Positions 14,701 through 25,320 of a stretch of 64,000 bases of DNA are shown here, one piece after another (within the stretch, counting starts at the first letter, position 1; every line of letters starts with the position of its first letter). The stretch is from Eledone cirrhosa. Lineage: Eukaryota. The DNA is taken from assembly GCA_964016885.1 (NCBI GenBank), contig OZ024742.1:200322001-200386000 (forward strand), read 5' to 3'. Under the pieces are notes generated by a model, which saw nothing but the letters and a program-made list of their open reading frames with translations, did no database searches and was not told the origin of the DNA. The position numbers and the translations under genes were made by a program.

Positions 14701-17700
14701 GGTACCAGCACTACCACTTTTCAACATTATATCCTCAGCCAAGCTGGGGAAGTAGTGCTATAATAATCCCTGCAACACTATCAAGCCCCTTACCCCACCA
14801 AAATAAACCAGTTAATCATCATTACAATACTTATTCCTAACATAGCTAACAAAAAACCCCAAACTAGTTGATTATATCATCCCCAGTATTTCACTGATAT
14901 TTTATTTTATCAATTATGGAAGAATGAGAGATAAATTAGACCTCAGTTACAGTAAAAAGTCATAACAAATACTGCAAAGCATTTTGTCTGACATTCTAAC
15001 AATTTTGCAAAATAATAATCGTCATCATACATCAAAACTAGCGAAGTTGTCATATACAACATAATGAATACTTGTTACCCTATGCTGTATCCATTTATTT
15101 GCAAACTGCTTTACAGAGTGTACTGGGTGCATTTTATTGTGACATCAGCACAAAGTATTGATGCCCTCAACATGACTGTATTCATAAAGTAGTACATTTA
15201 TTTTTCAATAAATTAATTAATTAAGAATGTTGAGTGATTTATTAAAATTACCAATTATTTTGTTACTTAGCTAATATAAAATTATCGAAAAATTTTCATT
15301 TAAATAACAACCCTTTATGAGTGGTTTTGTTTCATAGAATCAAAGCCAGTTTTAGCTGGGTTTGAATCAAAAAAGTTAAAACATCACTAGCTAAGACTGA
15401 ACATTTACCATTCGCCCTGCCCTAGACATTGAGCCAATCACTCTCTTTTTCATCTGTGGCCTAATAGTCCTTGCTTTTTCCCTACCTTTCCTTTCATTTA
15501 TGGCATTTATAATCCTTTCCTCAACTTCATATACAGCCAGATCTGCCCTTCTTCACCTCCTCCCCCTCTGTTCATTACATCATTTTGTTTTATTCATTTT
15601 TTCTCGTATTTCCATCATTGTATAATTTCTTTTTTGTAAAATTTAGTTGATATAATTTATTTATGCATAATTGATTAAATAAAAAAAATATATACATATA
15701 AATTTAATGCCCCTATAGTTTCCTCTATCCAGGGCATCTCCTTTGGCATTGTAACAGTTGACGATGCTGCTGCTGCTACACCAGTCATTTGGTATGACTC
15801 CATTCTGTATTGCTTGGTTTACTATCCGGGTGACCATAGTATGTCCCACCATTCCAAATATATATATAAAACAAATCAATCAACAAAAAACAGAACTTAC
15901 ATCATCTGACTCACTGGAACTTTCTTGAACTAGCTTCTTTTCTTTTGGTTTCTGCTTTACCTTCTCTTTTTCTTTTGGAGTTGTTTGTTCTTGTTTCATT
16001 CTCTTCTTCTCAACTCTTTTCTTCAATCTTAAAACATGATTAATCATAAATTATATTAAGCACATCATACACACAGCAAACATTATCATTTGAAATCTGA
16101 TTTCTCTGCTAGTAAGTAAAGCTAAATCAGTCTCAAGCCAGGCTCGTTAGGCAGGTGCCTCTCCTGGCATGAAGCGACTGACAGTACATGACTTCCCGCT
16201 GGACAGGAAGCCAGTCCATCACAGGGTTAAACCTCCAGCTGTTACTGGTACTCATTTTTTAGCTGAGTATACTGGAGCAACATGAAATGAAGTGTTTTGC
16301 TCAAGAACATAAAACGCAACCCAGCCCAGGAACCAAACCTATGACATTACGTTCATAAATCCAACACCATTACCACTAGGCCTCCACAGTAAGGATTGGA
16401 CAAAAAGGTGTAAATATTCTATACAGCTATACATAGTTTCAATGTATATATTCTATTTAATGTGACTTTATTCTCACCAGAAAACAAGACAGGTAGATGG
16501 CCATAAATGCTAAAACTTTACTTCAACACATGTTAGTGATTAGTGACTTTAGAGTACTAGATAGATGTACACAGAAGCTTAAGTTGTTCTGGAGAAGAAA
16601 GATATAGACGCTTAGAGAACCATCAAACAGGCAAAGGTTTAGAGACATAATGGAAGACTGGAAAGTCCTGCAAGTCAATATACTGAGAACCACAGGTGAG
16701 TGCTGTGGATTGGGAAAGGTTCCAAACAGAAAGAGGGTGGTGTGATGGAACTGTACTGTAGCCATAAAATCTAAGAGACAGTAAAAGACAAACCAGTAAA
16801 AGAATTTTTAAAAAAATAGACATACAAAGAAAGACAAAGCAAAATGATAGATCTACTTACCTCTGTCTTTGACGATGGCTTAATTCATTGAAGTCTTTTT
16901 TTTCTAGAAATTATATAAAACAAAAACAATCCATCAAAGACAACATTAAAAAAAATAAATAAATATATCATCATTCAATACAGTTTCCACATCTCCAATT
17001 TCATTCAGAAGCAATTTGAAGCTATGGTAAAAGAGACTTGCTCAAGATGCCATGCAGTGGGATTGAACCTGGAACCTTGATAGTGCTCGGCCATGACTGT
17101 GGCCATTCATATATATGTGATTATAGTAGAGTACTTTACTATTATCTTTGATAAGGTGAGAAAAGCTCTATAAACAATACAATCCCCGGTCCAACAGGAG
17201 TTTAAAACGGATGACTAAGTCATCGACAGATAAAGTTGTTGAAGACAGCTCAGGTAGCAGAGCATTAATACCCATGCTAGCGTGGAAGATAGACGTTAAA
17301 TGATGATGATGATTTATTATTACAAAAGTGGATAAAGTGTTGATCGTATGGTCATAATGTCATGGGTGGGATTCGTGGACCAGATGGCAGTGTTCTTGAG
17401 CAAAATATTGCTCATGTTGCTCCAGTACTTTCAGCTGAAAATGAGTACCAGCAGTAACTTGATGCCAAAACCAAAAGATAAGCAAAATGTGGCCCACCTG
17501 ACATGTCCAGTACATACTAGCATGGAAAAACAGACATCAAATGATGATGATGACAATATATATCATCATCATCATTTCATTTTACGTCTGCTTTTTCTCT
17601 GCTTGCAAGGGTGGGACGGGAACTGATTCTGGCTTGATTTCTACAGCTGGATGCCCTTCCTAACACCAACCTCATTTACAGTGAGTGCTGGGTGCTTTTT

Positions 17701-20700
17701 TGCCGTGGCACCTCCACGACCACTTTGCAGTGGAATGATATGGACCCCAGTCCCTATCATCTCATTTCTACAGCTGAGTAAACTGGAGCAATGTGAAATA
17801 AAGTGACTTGCTCGAGGAAACAACACATCACCTGGTCTGAGAATTGAACTTACAAGATTTCGATTGCAAGGCCAATGCTCTAACCACTAAGCCATATATT
17901 TATATATATATATTATTATAATTGTAAGCTATCGCCGTATTTTGACTAAAGAAATTATTTAGCCTGATAGTGGGGTTAAGAACCCTCGGAGAAATGGAAA
18001 AAGATGAGTATTGACATACATGGGAGTCGAACCCATGTCTTTGGTTATCCGGACCACTGTGCTACCTTAGAAGCTATAAACTTAACGACTGTAATGTCAA
18101 GTAAGAATATTTTCCATTTCTCCGAGGGTTCTTAACCCCACTATCAGGCTAAATAATTTCTTTAATTTCTTTAGTCAAAATACGGCGATAGCTTACATTT
18201 AAAATAATTTCAAACCCACTCGCTGTTTCGAAAATATTCTTACTTGATATATATATATAGTAATAATAATAAATTAGAAGACTAAAATCCAAAGCGGGCT
18301 CGATAAGGATAAATATATATATATACATATGAATGTATATACAACTTGTCTGTGATCTATTTATTGTTGTTTTTGTTATAGGATGGAGAAAGAGCAACAA
18401 TTGTGAAATTAAAAAGACTCAACAGAAAGACCACCTACTGAAGTTGACAGGTAATTAGCTGAAAGGGTGATTAATGATATGAAAGTAGTATAATCATTGA
18501 GACTAAAGATAACTAGTGATGTAAGACCGATACTAGTCATTCACAGAGCCAGCATTAGAGAAAGATCACTGAACTATAAGTCTTAACATTCCTTACTGTA
18601 TTACATAAAAAAGTTTAGTTAACTACAAATTTTCACAATGATCTGTCCATTAGTAAAGATACTGTAAACAATTGAATTAACAAACCCATTTTTATATATT
18701 TTCTGCTAAATCTATACAGGATATTAAGAATTAAAGATATTTGTATAATCAAATAAAATACATAATTTCTTGTGTTCAACAAATTCATTGCCAAACAACT
18801 TTGCTGTATTGCAGCAGTGGGGAAATATTGAAAATGGTGGACAGGCACATATGATGTTATGACCTGTTACATAATTTGGTGTGGGTGAGTGTGGAATATG
18901 TAGTGGAAAATGCAGATTTAGAAATTTTCTTAGTGTGGTCAGAGCAATAAGTGTCTAAAACTAGGTTTGTCAGCTTTCCAAACTATAAATCAAAACTATT
19001 TCACTTGGGAGAATGTTTAAGTGGTATCATGTCTGGCAGGTGTAAAATCAGTCGGCTGGAAACAGACGTGATATTACTTAACTCGACAGAAGGTGACCTC
19101 CAACTTGCACTTGATACGTTTGATGCACAGTGCACTCTACATATGAATGGAGTTCCACTGAAGCAGGTGGAAAAGTTCAAGTATCTTGGGACTGTGTTCA
19201 TGAGTGATGGAAGGCAGGAGGCTGAATTAAGAGCAAGAATTGCAGGAGCTGGTGCAGTAATGTGCCAACTTCAACATTTGGTAATCTGAAGGGTGGTAGG
19301 TGTAACAGCCAAACTCACTATCTTCAATTTGGTATTTGTGCCAACCCTTACCTATGGTCATGAATATTGGGTAATGACCGAAAGTAAACGATCGGGAATA
19401 CAAGCAGCTGAAATGAGGTTCCTCCGAAGTGTCTTTGGAGTAACGTTACTCGATAGAGTCTGTAACTTGGTGATCAGACAGTCACTCCAGGTAGAGCTGC
19501 TATTTCTCTGAATTGAGAGATCACAGCTTCGATATTACAAGCATGTGATTAGAATGTCTTAGGACAGATTTTTATGGGCAAAACCAATTGGCAGGATACC
19601 CAGGAGTAGACCCCCAAGCAAGATGATTAGATAACATCCATGAACTCAGCTGGTTTCACTTGGGGATCCAGCTGGATGAGTTGGAGATGGCTGTTTCTGA
19701 CAGGATCCGCTGGAAGGAGTGTTTGAAGACTCTGCCCCCAGACCCACTCAGGAATCAGTGGGCGAAGGACTAAGAATGTGGCACACATCACAGGGCTAGT
19801 CTGGTACTAAATACCCAGCTGCTGGATCTGGTCATTCACATAATCAATGCAAGTGTCACCCTGTATGTCTGGTGTTTCAGTATTATCATCAACTGCTTTA
19901 TTTCTTCTTTCTTACCTTTAAAACCGGGAACTGTATAGTTGCCATCTCCACACTCAGTGTATCTTGGGTATTTTAAACCTGGTGAAGCCCATACCTCATT
20001 TGGAGAGAGTGAGGGAAGAGCATGAAAAATCGACCCCAGTACTGGACAAATTCTTTTATTATCCCTGAAAAGCAAAGTTGACCTTAGTGGGATTTGAACT
20101 CACAACAATTACTAAGGTATTTAACATGACCATATGACTGCCAATTCGCTGCCTCTCATCAACTGCTACAAAGGCAAAATAGATGCATCTACAGAAGTAT
20201 CGGACCAGGTTATAAAAGTAACAGAGTTATAGCACAATCAATTAGTTTGGATTTGTGCCAATGATTTCTTACTAGAGCTACAATTCTTAGACACAACACC
20301 TAACAATCATTAACCATTTTGTCATCATATTTCTTTCTAACGAAAGACAGACTTTGATTTTCAAATAATTTTGAAAATAACCAAGAATTTGGAGAGATCT
20401 AGTAATATAATTTTATCATTATTAAGCTAGGTTCCTATATAATATTACAATGGAAGAATTAAATTTAGATATTAACACTTTAACTGAAACATTCTCTGCT
20501 CCAGTTTTTCTCAGTCTTCCTCTACTGTAGCTTCCCTCCATTAGCATCTAACTCTTTTTCATCCAACAATCAGCTTCCATGTGCATCACCAGCACAGTTT
20601 TGTCCCTTTTGCAAACTACATCTGATTCCGCTTAAACCCAGTTTTTCTATCAGTTCATCCACGCTGTTGCTAATGCATACTAACACCACATTAAGAGGAA

Positions 20701-22206
20701 GCTCGATTCAGTTCTCTCATCATTTACTGCCATGCAACATCACACTTCTTGTACAGATACAATCTACCTTTCACAACGTAGAAACAATCCTCTTGTTATT
20801 AACAGAGGTAATAACCCCTTAACACCTTTTTCTTCCACTACTAATGAGGTCACCTAAGTAAAAGAAACTATAAACTACTTCTATGGTACTTTCTGGGATT
20901 GGAAAAAAAATTATTTCACTGATGATCTTACTACCCACTATTTCTTTGCATCTGCCACATGCAAAGCCTATTTTTTCTGTTTAGCCTGCCTATCTTTCTA
21001 TATATCATCACCATCATTTAACGTCCGTCCATTTTCCCTGCTAGCAAGGATTGGACGGGTCGACACAAAATCAGTACTTAATTGGCTACTGATCGCACAG
21101 ATGGGTCGGTGGCCGAATCTCGTTTACATTTACAGTATATACACACGCACAATTCTGCGAGAGAACCATATCACCCTAACGTAATGAATCCAGTGAATCA
21201 GGCGAGATATTTTCGTTTTTCTTTTATTACGAGATCTATAGTCAGGGACTCACATTGGATGTGCGACTGCATGTCCAGTAACTTAGTGGTTCGATATCAG
21301 CTAAGATGTTCAACATGCTGGCAGTGTAATGAATGAAACCAGTTAAATAATTCATCATACCGTGTGTGTACAACATTAAACGATTTAAAACAAGCGCCAC
21401 TAGGCGATATAATCTAGCAATGTGGCACCTTATATGTTAAATGTATATTTATGAATGAAAATATTTTCGAAGGTGTAAAATACAGTTATATAGATGAAGA
21501 TTTATAAAATATAAGAGGTAACAAGTTTTTTCTCAGTAATTTATAGCTGTGGAAATGAGATTACGTCTCGGTATGAAATCTGATATTGGTCGCTATCAAA
21601 CTGAAATTGAACGAACTTACTTTTAATCGAATAAAATTTAAAAAAAACATCTATTTAAAACGAATAAGTTTTTGAGAGAGAGAGAGAGAGTCGTTTATAT
21701 AAATACAGCAATAAATAAAAGTTGGATCAAGACACCAGTAGGGTGTGATGTGGTGGTGGCCATGCCGATAGTTTAACCCTTTGCAATCCAAACTGCTTGA
21801 AACCAACTTTAGTTTTTTATGATACGAAGCTGTTTATTTTAAGGGGTTCATGTTTATCTAAAAACACGCCATCATAATTTAACGTAAGAACATTTAAGTT
21901 TCAAACAGCTTCAAAACGAAAAAGTTACACAACTAAATCCCACCAAATTCTTGATTATCTTTAAAATGGTTTGAAAATTAGACGACAAGTTATATTAGGA
22001 ATATAAGAAATGTGTTAAACGAAATATGATCTACGAGACACAATCAGTTAAAACACGTGGTGTGAAATGAGACAAAATCCTCACGTCTGTTTAATGTAAA
22101 TTATTCTTTTACCTCGTAAAGCTTTCTGAAACTTCGGTTCTGACTGTTTCCTAGCTTTCCTTCCAGGTCCTGATTTTGGCCGTTCTAAATCTCTTTTTCT
22201 TCCCAT
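223..22206 (-). CDS. NOP2: NOP2/NOL1 (p120) 28S rRNA cytosine-C5 methyltransferase; 5' part, 11 coding exons (1234 nt) in window, gene continues beyond position 1
   Basis: Exons 22113-22206, 16861-16903, 15901-16027, 13697-14008, 10117-10172, 8817-8902, 7689-7782, 5765-5867, 4077-4166, 2639-2726 and 223-363 splice in frame. The peptide matches recalled NOP2 motifs ([13 protein letters not shown]; [15 protein letters not shown]; [10 protein letters not shown]; GATPEYL; [11 protein letters not shown]). Confidence 0.97.
620..2580. mobile_element. Cluster of about 10 tRNA-derived SINE copies (family A, about 190-230 bp), both orientations
   Basis: A-box TGGCAGTATCGG, B-box GAGTTCAAATCC, core GCCTTTCATCCTTACGGGGTCGATAAAATAAAGTACCAG, (ATT)n tail; good + copy 1025-1215, good - copy 2380-2575. 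Confidence 0.9.
2639..2726 (-). CDS. NOP2: NOP2 coding exon 10 ([30 protein letters not shown])
   Basis: Near-identical to the recalled human segment; AG acceptor, GTAAGT donor. Confidence 0.97.
4077..4166 (-). CDS. NOP2: NOP2 coding exon 9 ([30 protein letters not shown])
   Basis: Hallmark [15 protein letters not shown] motif; AG acceptor, GTGAG donor. Confidence 0.97.
5765..5867 (-). CDS. NOP2: NOP2 coding exon 8 ([34 protein letters not shown])
   Basis: Conserved SR.EY...L.KDL..YY.Y motif; canonical AG/GT. Confidence 0.95.
7317..7502. mobile_element. Short TTAA-type MITE (relatives at 125-180 and 42672-42875)
   Basis: Ends CCCTTTAGCATTT…AAATGC(T/C)A..GGGTTAA. Confidence 0.65.
7689..7782 (-). 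CDS. NOP2: NOP2 coding exon 7 ([32 protein letters not shown])
   Basis: Matches the PDL..RI..I..VL..F motif; AC acceptor, GTAAGT donor. Confidence 0.92.
7783..8816 (-). other. U12-type (minor spliceosome) AT-AC intron of NOP2, 1034 nt
   Basis: 5' end ATATCCTTTT; branch-site-like TTTTCTATAAC (7792-7802) about 9 nt before the terminal AC; the junction G|AA restores frame. Confidence 0.9.
8572..8786 (-). mobile_element. SINE family A copy inside the U12 intron
   Basis: Reverse complement of the family A consensus. Confidence 0.85.
8817..8902 (-). CDS. NOP2: NOP2 coding exon 6 ([28 protein letters not shown]), ends at a U12 AT donor
   Basis: CAG acceptor; followed by ATATCCTTT; FxLP motif. Confidence 0.9.
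9880..10072 (-). mobile_element. SINE family A copy
   Basis: Reverse complement of the consensus. Confidence 0.88.
10117..10172 (-). CDS. NOP2: NOP2 coding exon 5 ([19 protein letters not shown])
   Basis: LLPIE motif conserved in NOP2; CAG acceptor, GTGAGT donor. Confidence 0.92.
10960..12171 (+). mobile_element. Non-autonomous piggyBac-type element (internal deletion derivative)
   Basis: TTAA on both sides (10956-10959, 12172-12175); TIRs CCCTTTTGTTACCA / TGGTAACGAAAGGG; acidic N-terminal ORF 11145-11423 and Cys-rich C-terminal remnant ([18 protein letters not shown], about 11452-11505). Confidence 0.85.
13697..14008 (-). CDS. NOP2: NOP2 coding exon 4, acidic D/E-rich tract (104 codons)
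   Basis: CAG acceptor, GTAAGT donor, 312 nt open frame of GAT/GAA/GAG codons typical of the NOP2 acidic N-terminal region. Confidence 0.9.
14144..14203 (-). ncRNA. Mirror copy of the hammerhead motif on the NOP2 sense strand
   Basis: Exact reverse complement of 14281-14340. Confidence 0.72.
14281..14340 (+). ncRNA. Minimal type-I hammerhead ribozyme motif
   Basis: TTTCATT-CTGATGA-[CT GAAAGCAAA TTTG TTTGCTTTC AA]-GAAA-CCACTG-GTA/AATGAAA: 7-bp stem I, 10-bp stem II, near-palindromic stem III, GUA site. Confidence 0.75.
15700..15852 (-). mobile_element. Short internal fragment of the 58938-61890 RTE family
   Basis: [11 protein letters not shown]…YRGIK, near-identical to 60805-60960. Confidence 0.8.
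15901..16027 (-). CDS. NOP2: NOP2 coding exon 3 (K/E-rich: [22 protein letters not shown]...SSSESDD)
   Basis: AG acceptor, GTAAGT donor, open frame, phase consistent. Confidence 0.85.
16861..16903 (-). CDS. NOP2: NOP2 coding exon 2 ([15 protein letters not shown])
   Basis: TTTCTAG acceptor, GTAAGT donor; phase 1 in and phase 2 out fit the neighbours. Confidence 0.85.
17923..18197. repeat. Inverted repeat (about 80-nt arms) enclosing a tRNA-like segment; related fold-back at 27701-27812
   Basis: TGTAAGCTATCGCCG…GGAAAA versus TTTTCC…CGGCGATAGCTTACA. Confidence 0.9.
18990..19775 (+). mobile_element. 3' fragment of a second RTE-type LINE family
   Basis: [31 protein letters not shown] peptides; related copies elsewhere in the window. 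Confidence 0.85.
22113..22206 (-). CDS. NOP2: NOP2 coding exon 1 ([31 protein letters not shown])
   Basis: ATG at 22206; N-terminus resembles human [21 protein letters not shown]; donor GAG|GTAAAA, phase 1. Confidence 0.93.
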
Positions 22207-22709
22207 GTCTGTTTGTTAATTTGATTAAAATAAATTAAATTAAAATCGATCTGAATAATCAACACGTGTAGAGTGTTGAGTTTTAAACAACTACTTCCTT
22301 TTCAACCCGGATATTATCAACACGATTACCTCCCTTAGACGAACCACCGAGGCAGCGCCTCTTCTAGGTTGCTTGATTTGCTAGAAATAGCAGTCACTCT
22401 CACTAGAATAACATCCTTGGCTATTAAGCCCCAATGGAGACATTGGGGCACCGACGATGTCAATATCTTGGGAATTTAAACATGGCAGAATCCTTGTACA
22501 GGTCGGAACAAAGCCATTTCTTCCACAGAGAGAGAGAGAGAGAGAGAAAGACTGGGATAAAGAGAGAGAGAAAGAGAGGATGAATCAATTCAGTACTAAG
22601 TTGGTATTTTATTTATCGACCTCGAAAGGATGAAAAGCAAAGTTAAATGTGGTGTGATTTGAATTCAGAGTGCATAGAGCCAGAATGAATATCGTGAATC
22701 ATTCTCTCT

Positions 22710-24355
22710 ATTAAAGTTTTATTCATAGTTGCACAAACAACATTACAAATCGTTTGCAATTCCTTCAGAATGAAAATATAAACAGAGCATATAAATAAAT
22801 TTACAGTAAAATAACATAACAAATATGTTTTAAATATATACATAAATAACATTATAAATGCTACGGTAACACTATAAAGGATGATACAATGAAAGATATA
22901 TTCTTTTAATGTTACAATATTAAAGAAAATGTAAAGGAAGGGATGAATAACGGAGCCAACACCAGAGCAAAAGACAGCAACGTCGCGAGTACTGGGCAAC
23001 CTCTCTAATGATTTTTGAGGCAAGCCAGCACACTCGCAGCGTTGCCTCGGGTGATGACGAGGCTGATGCGCTGAAACAGCCAAGCACCCTCGCGAGATTC
23101 GCCAGTCGCCTCTATTAGGCGAGCCGCCAGTGAGGAAAGGAACCTCGCAGTCAGCGGCCCGACTCCCCCAAACGTCTCGAAAGCCACAGACTGAAAAATG
23201 TAGCTGGCCGACAGATCAGAGTATTTGAGGGATTTACTCCGCTCGGCTGCAGAAGCTGTGGCCCTCGTCCTAACCGCAGCATCCAGGATGTGGGCAAGAG
23301 CAAAAGAGTCATTAACTGTGACGTCCCAGACAAGGCACCTGCCTCTCGACCAGGGGTACAGGGTAAGACCATCAGGTCTTTTGCCGTCACTTCTGGACAA
23401 CCCAGATGGTTCCAAGACTGAGGGGATATTCGTCCGGGCCAAAGCTCTCTTCAGAATGAGGTTTAGCTCCGTGTGACGCGCGAAGCGGCCGGCATTCAGG
23501 TGGCCAGAACCTGTGAAGTCAAGGAGTTTGCCGCATCGGCACCTCAAACCCATGCAGACGTCAGCTCCCACTCTGAGGGCGATGGAGACACGAAGTTCGT
23601 CCAGGCTGAGTAGGCCACCAACGTTGGCCACGGGTAGGGCATAGACCCAGTCGCCTGAGTATTTGGCGCTGGCAGATAGTAAGCGGCACCTTGCAAACTG
23701 ATCTGACTGGACGAAGAGGGAGTCGAAGGTGGCCTTCGAACTTATGCTGTCCCAAGCTCTCTGACTTCGACTGTCCTCCACCTTCTCAGGAGGAGACAAA
23801 CCCAACTCACTCCGTTGCTGGAGAGCTTCACCCAACTCCCTGTTGGAACTAGTCCATGTTGGAGAGGAGAGGATGCTGCTCACCAGGGTGGAGCAAGCGT
23901 GGGTGGAGGAAAGGAAGCAGGGGAGAGAGAGGGACGAACACTTACGAAGACTAAGACCCCTAAATCGCTTGGGCAACGCAGTCTGATCGCGAGACTCAGG
24001 AGAGAGTCTAACATTGATCAGACACTCGAGTCTCTCGAAGATTAGGTCGTCGAAGCGTTGGAGGCAGGACGGAAATCTAATCTGTGAGAGGGGCTGACCC
24101 TGAGCAGATACAGAAGCTTAGGAATAGACAGGTAGTTCCTGAGTATGAAGAAACCTTGATGGGGTTCGATAACTTCGATATTCCTCAGCAGCTGCTCAAG
24201 ACCAACCATCTTCGATTGGAAGGTTGACTGGAAGGCCAGGTCTGTGATTGGGGCTCCTAAGGAGCACACAGCCGACGGGGGAGGGACCGCGATGGAAGGG
24301 AAGGACTCTGCGAACAGGTCGATCAGCTGTTGAGAAGCCGGGTGGTTGAGGATCC
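22710..24355 (-). mobile_element. 5'-truncated CRE-like non-LTR retrotransposon (end of RT/thumb, Zn-knuckle remnant, restriction-like endonuclease), frameshifted
   Basis: ORFs 24042-24269 (LGAPI…SIPKLLYLLR) and 23005-23976 (CRCG…RHTELN…KRPDG…WDVTV…AAERSKSLKY…AFETFG…ITRGNAASV); AT-rich 3' UTR with AATAAA near 22720; GC-rich relative to flanks. Confidence 0.85.
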
Positions 24356-25295
24356 AGTTAAAGACTTTACCACTTCGTCGGCTGCTTAATTACATTTAAC
24401 TGTTAAAAAAAAAAATGTAAACACTAAATGATGTTGGATCCTCTGTTTCGACGAAGAATGTTCCAGTTGTCCGATTAATTAAACGTTCCATACATGTACG
24501 TGTTTGAGTATTCTACATGCACGGTTACTCCTATAGTAATACTTGGGAGATTCAGACTCACAGTCCAAGGATGGACAATTGAATTATAGGTATAGTCCAT
24601 CTTGTATTATAGTCAAAGTGACTGAGTATTCCACATACGTGTACCCTTAAAATAATTCTCAGGGAGGTTTAGCATCACAGTGTTATTTTAAATTATGGAA
24701 ATGTCTGTTACTTTAAGACGAAAAAAGTCTAAAGTCAGTCTCGAGTCCATAAGCACATCAGGCCAATGCTTATCCCGCTTTCCGTGGCATTAAGCGACTG
24801 AGAGTCTGGACATCACGGCAGTCCATCGCAGGGTTAAATCCCCAGTTATTGCTGGTACTCATTTCCAGCTGTGTATACTGGAACAACGTTAAATGAAGTG
24901 TTTTGCTCTGGAACACAACACAGAACCCTGTCTAGGAATCGAACCTACGACATTTTATTTTAAAAAATATGGATTATTAAGAAAATTATGAGGGAAAAAA
25001 TATCAGGCGGCAGTACTGTTATGTCACAATTATCACAAACACCGCAAAGTCCGGATTATCTATAAAGACAGAACAACTGTACTGTTTACACCGTTTCCGG
25101 ATCCAGTGACACGTTTTTTGTTGTTGATCTTCTCATTTTGTTTTATTTAAATATTATTATTTCTTCACCTTCCTTTTCTTGCTGACATGTGCCTACGTGT
25201 TCGTGCTCTCACCCGCTTGTTGACATGACTCCAGAAAACCACAACTTGTCTTTATAGTATAGTATTTCTTCTCACACCCGCAAATTGTTACAATT

Positions 25296-25320
25296 ATGGG
25301 TGTTTTGACTGTCAGACGTG
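25296..25320 (+). CDS. GLT8D1: GLT8D-like coding exon 1 (MGVLTVRR)
   Basis: ATG followed by strong donor GTG|GTAAGT, phase 1; places basic residues before the TM helix as in type II Golgi enzymes. Confidence 0.75.

Noticed and set aside
223-22206. Intronic box C/D or H/ACA snoRNAs in NOP2
   Set aside because: No convincing C/D box pair with terminal stem found by eye on the host strand; needs snoscan/Infernal
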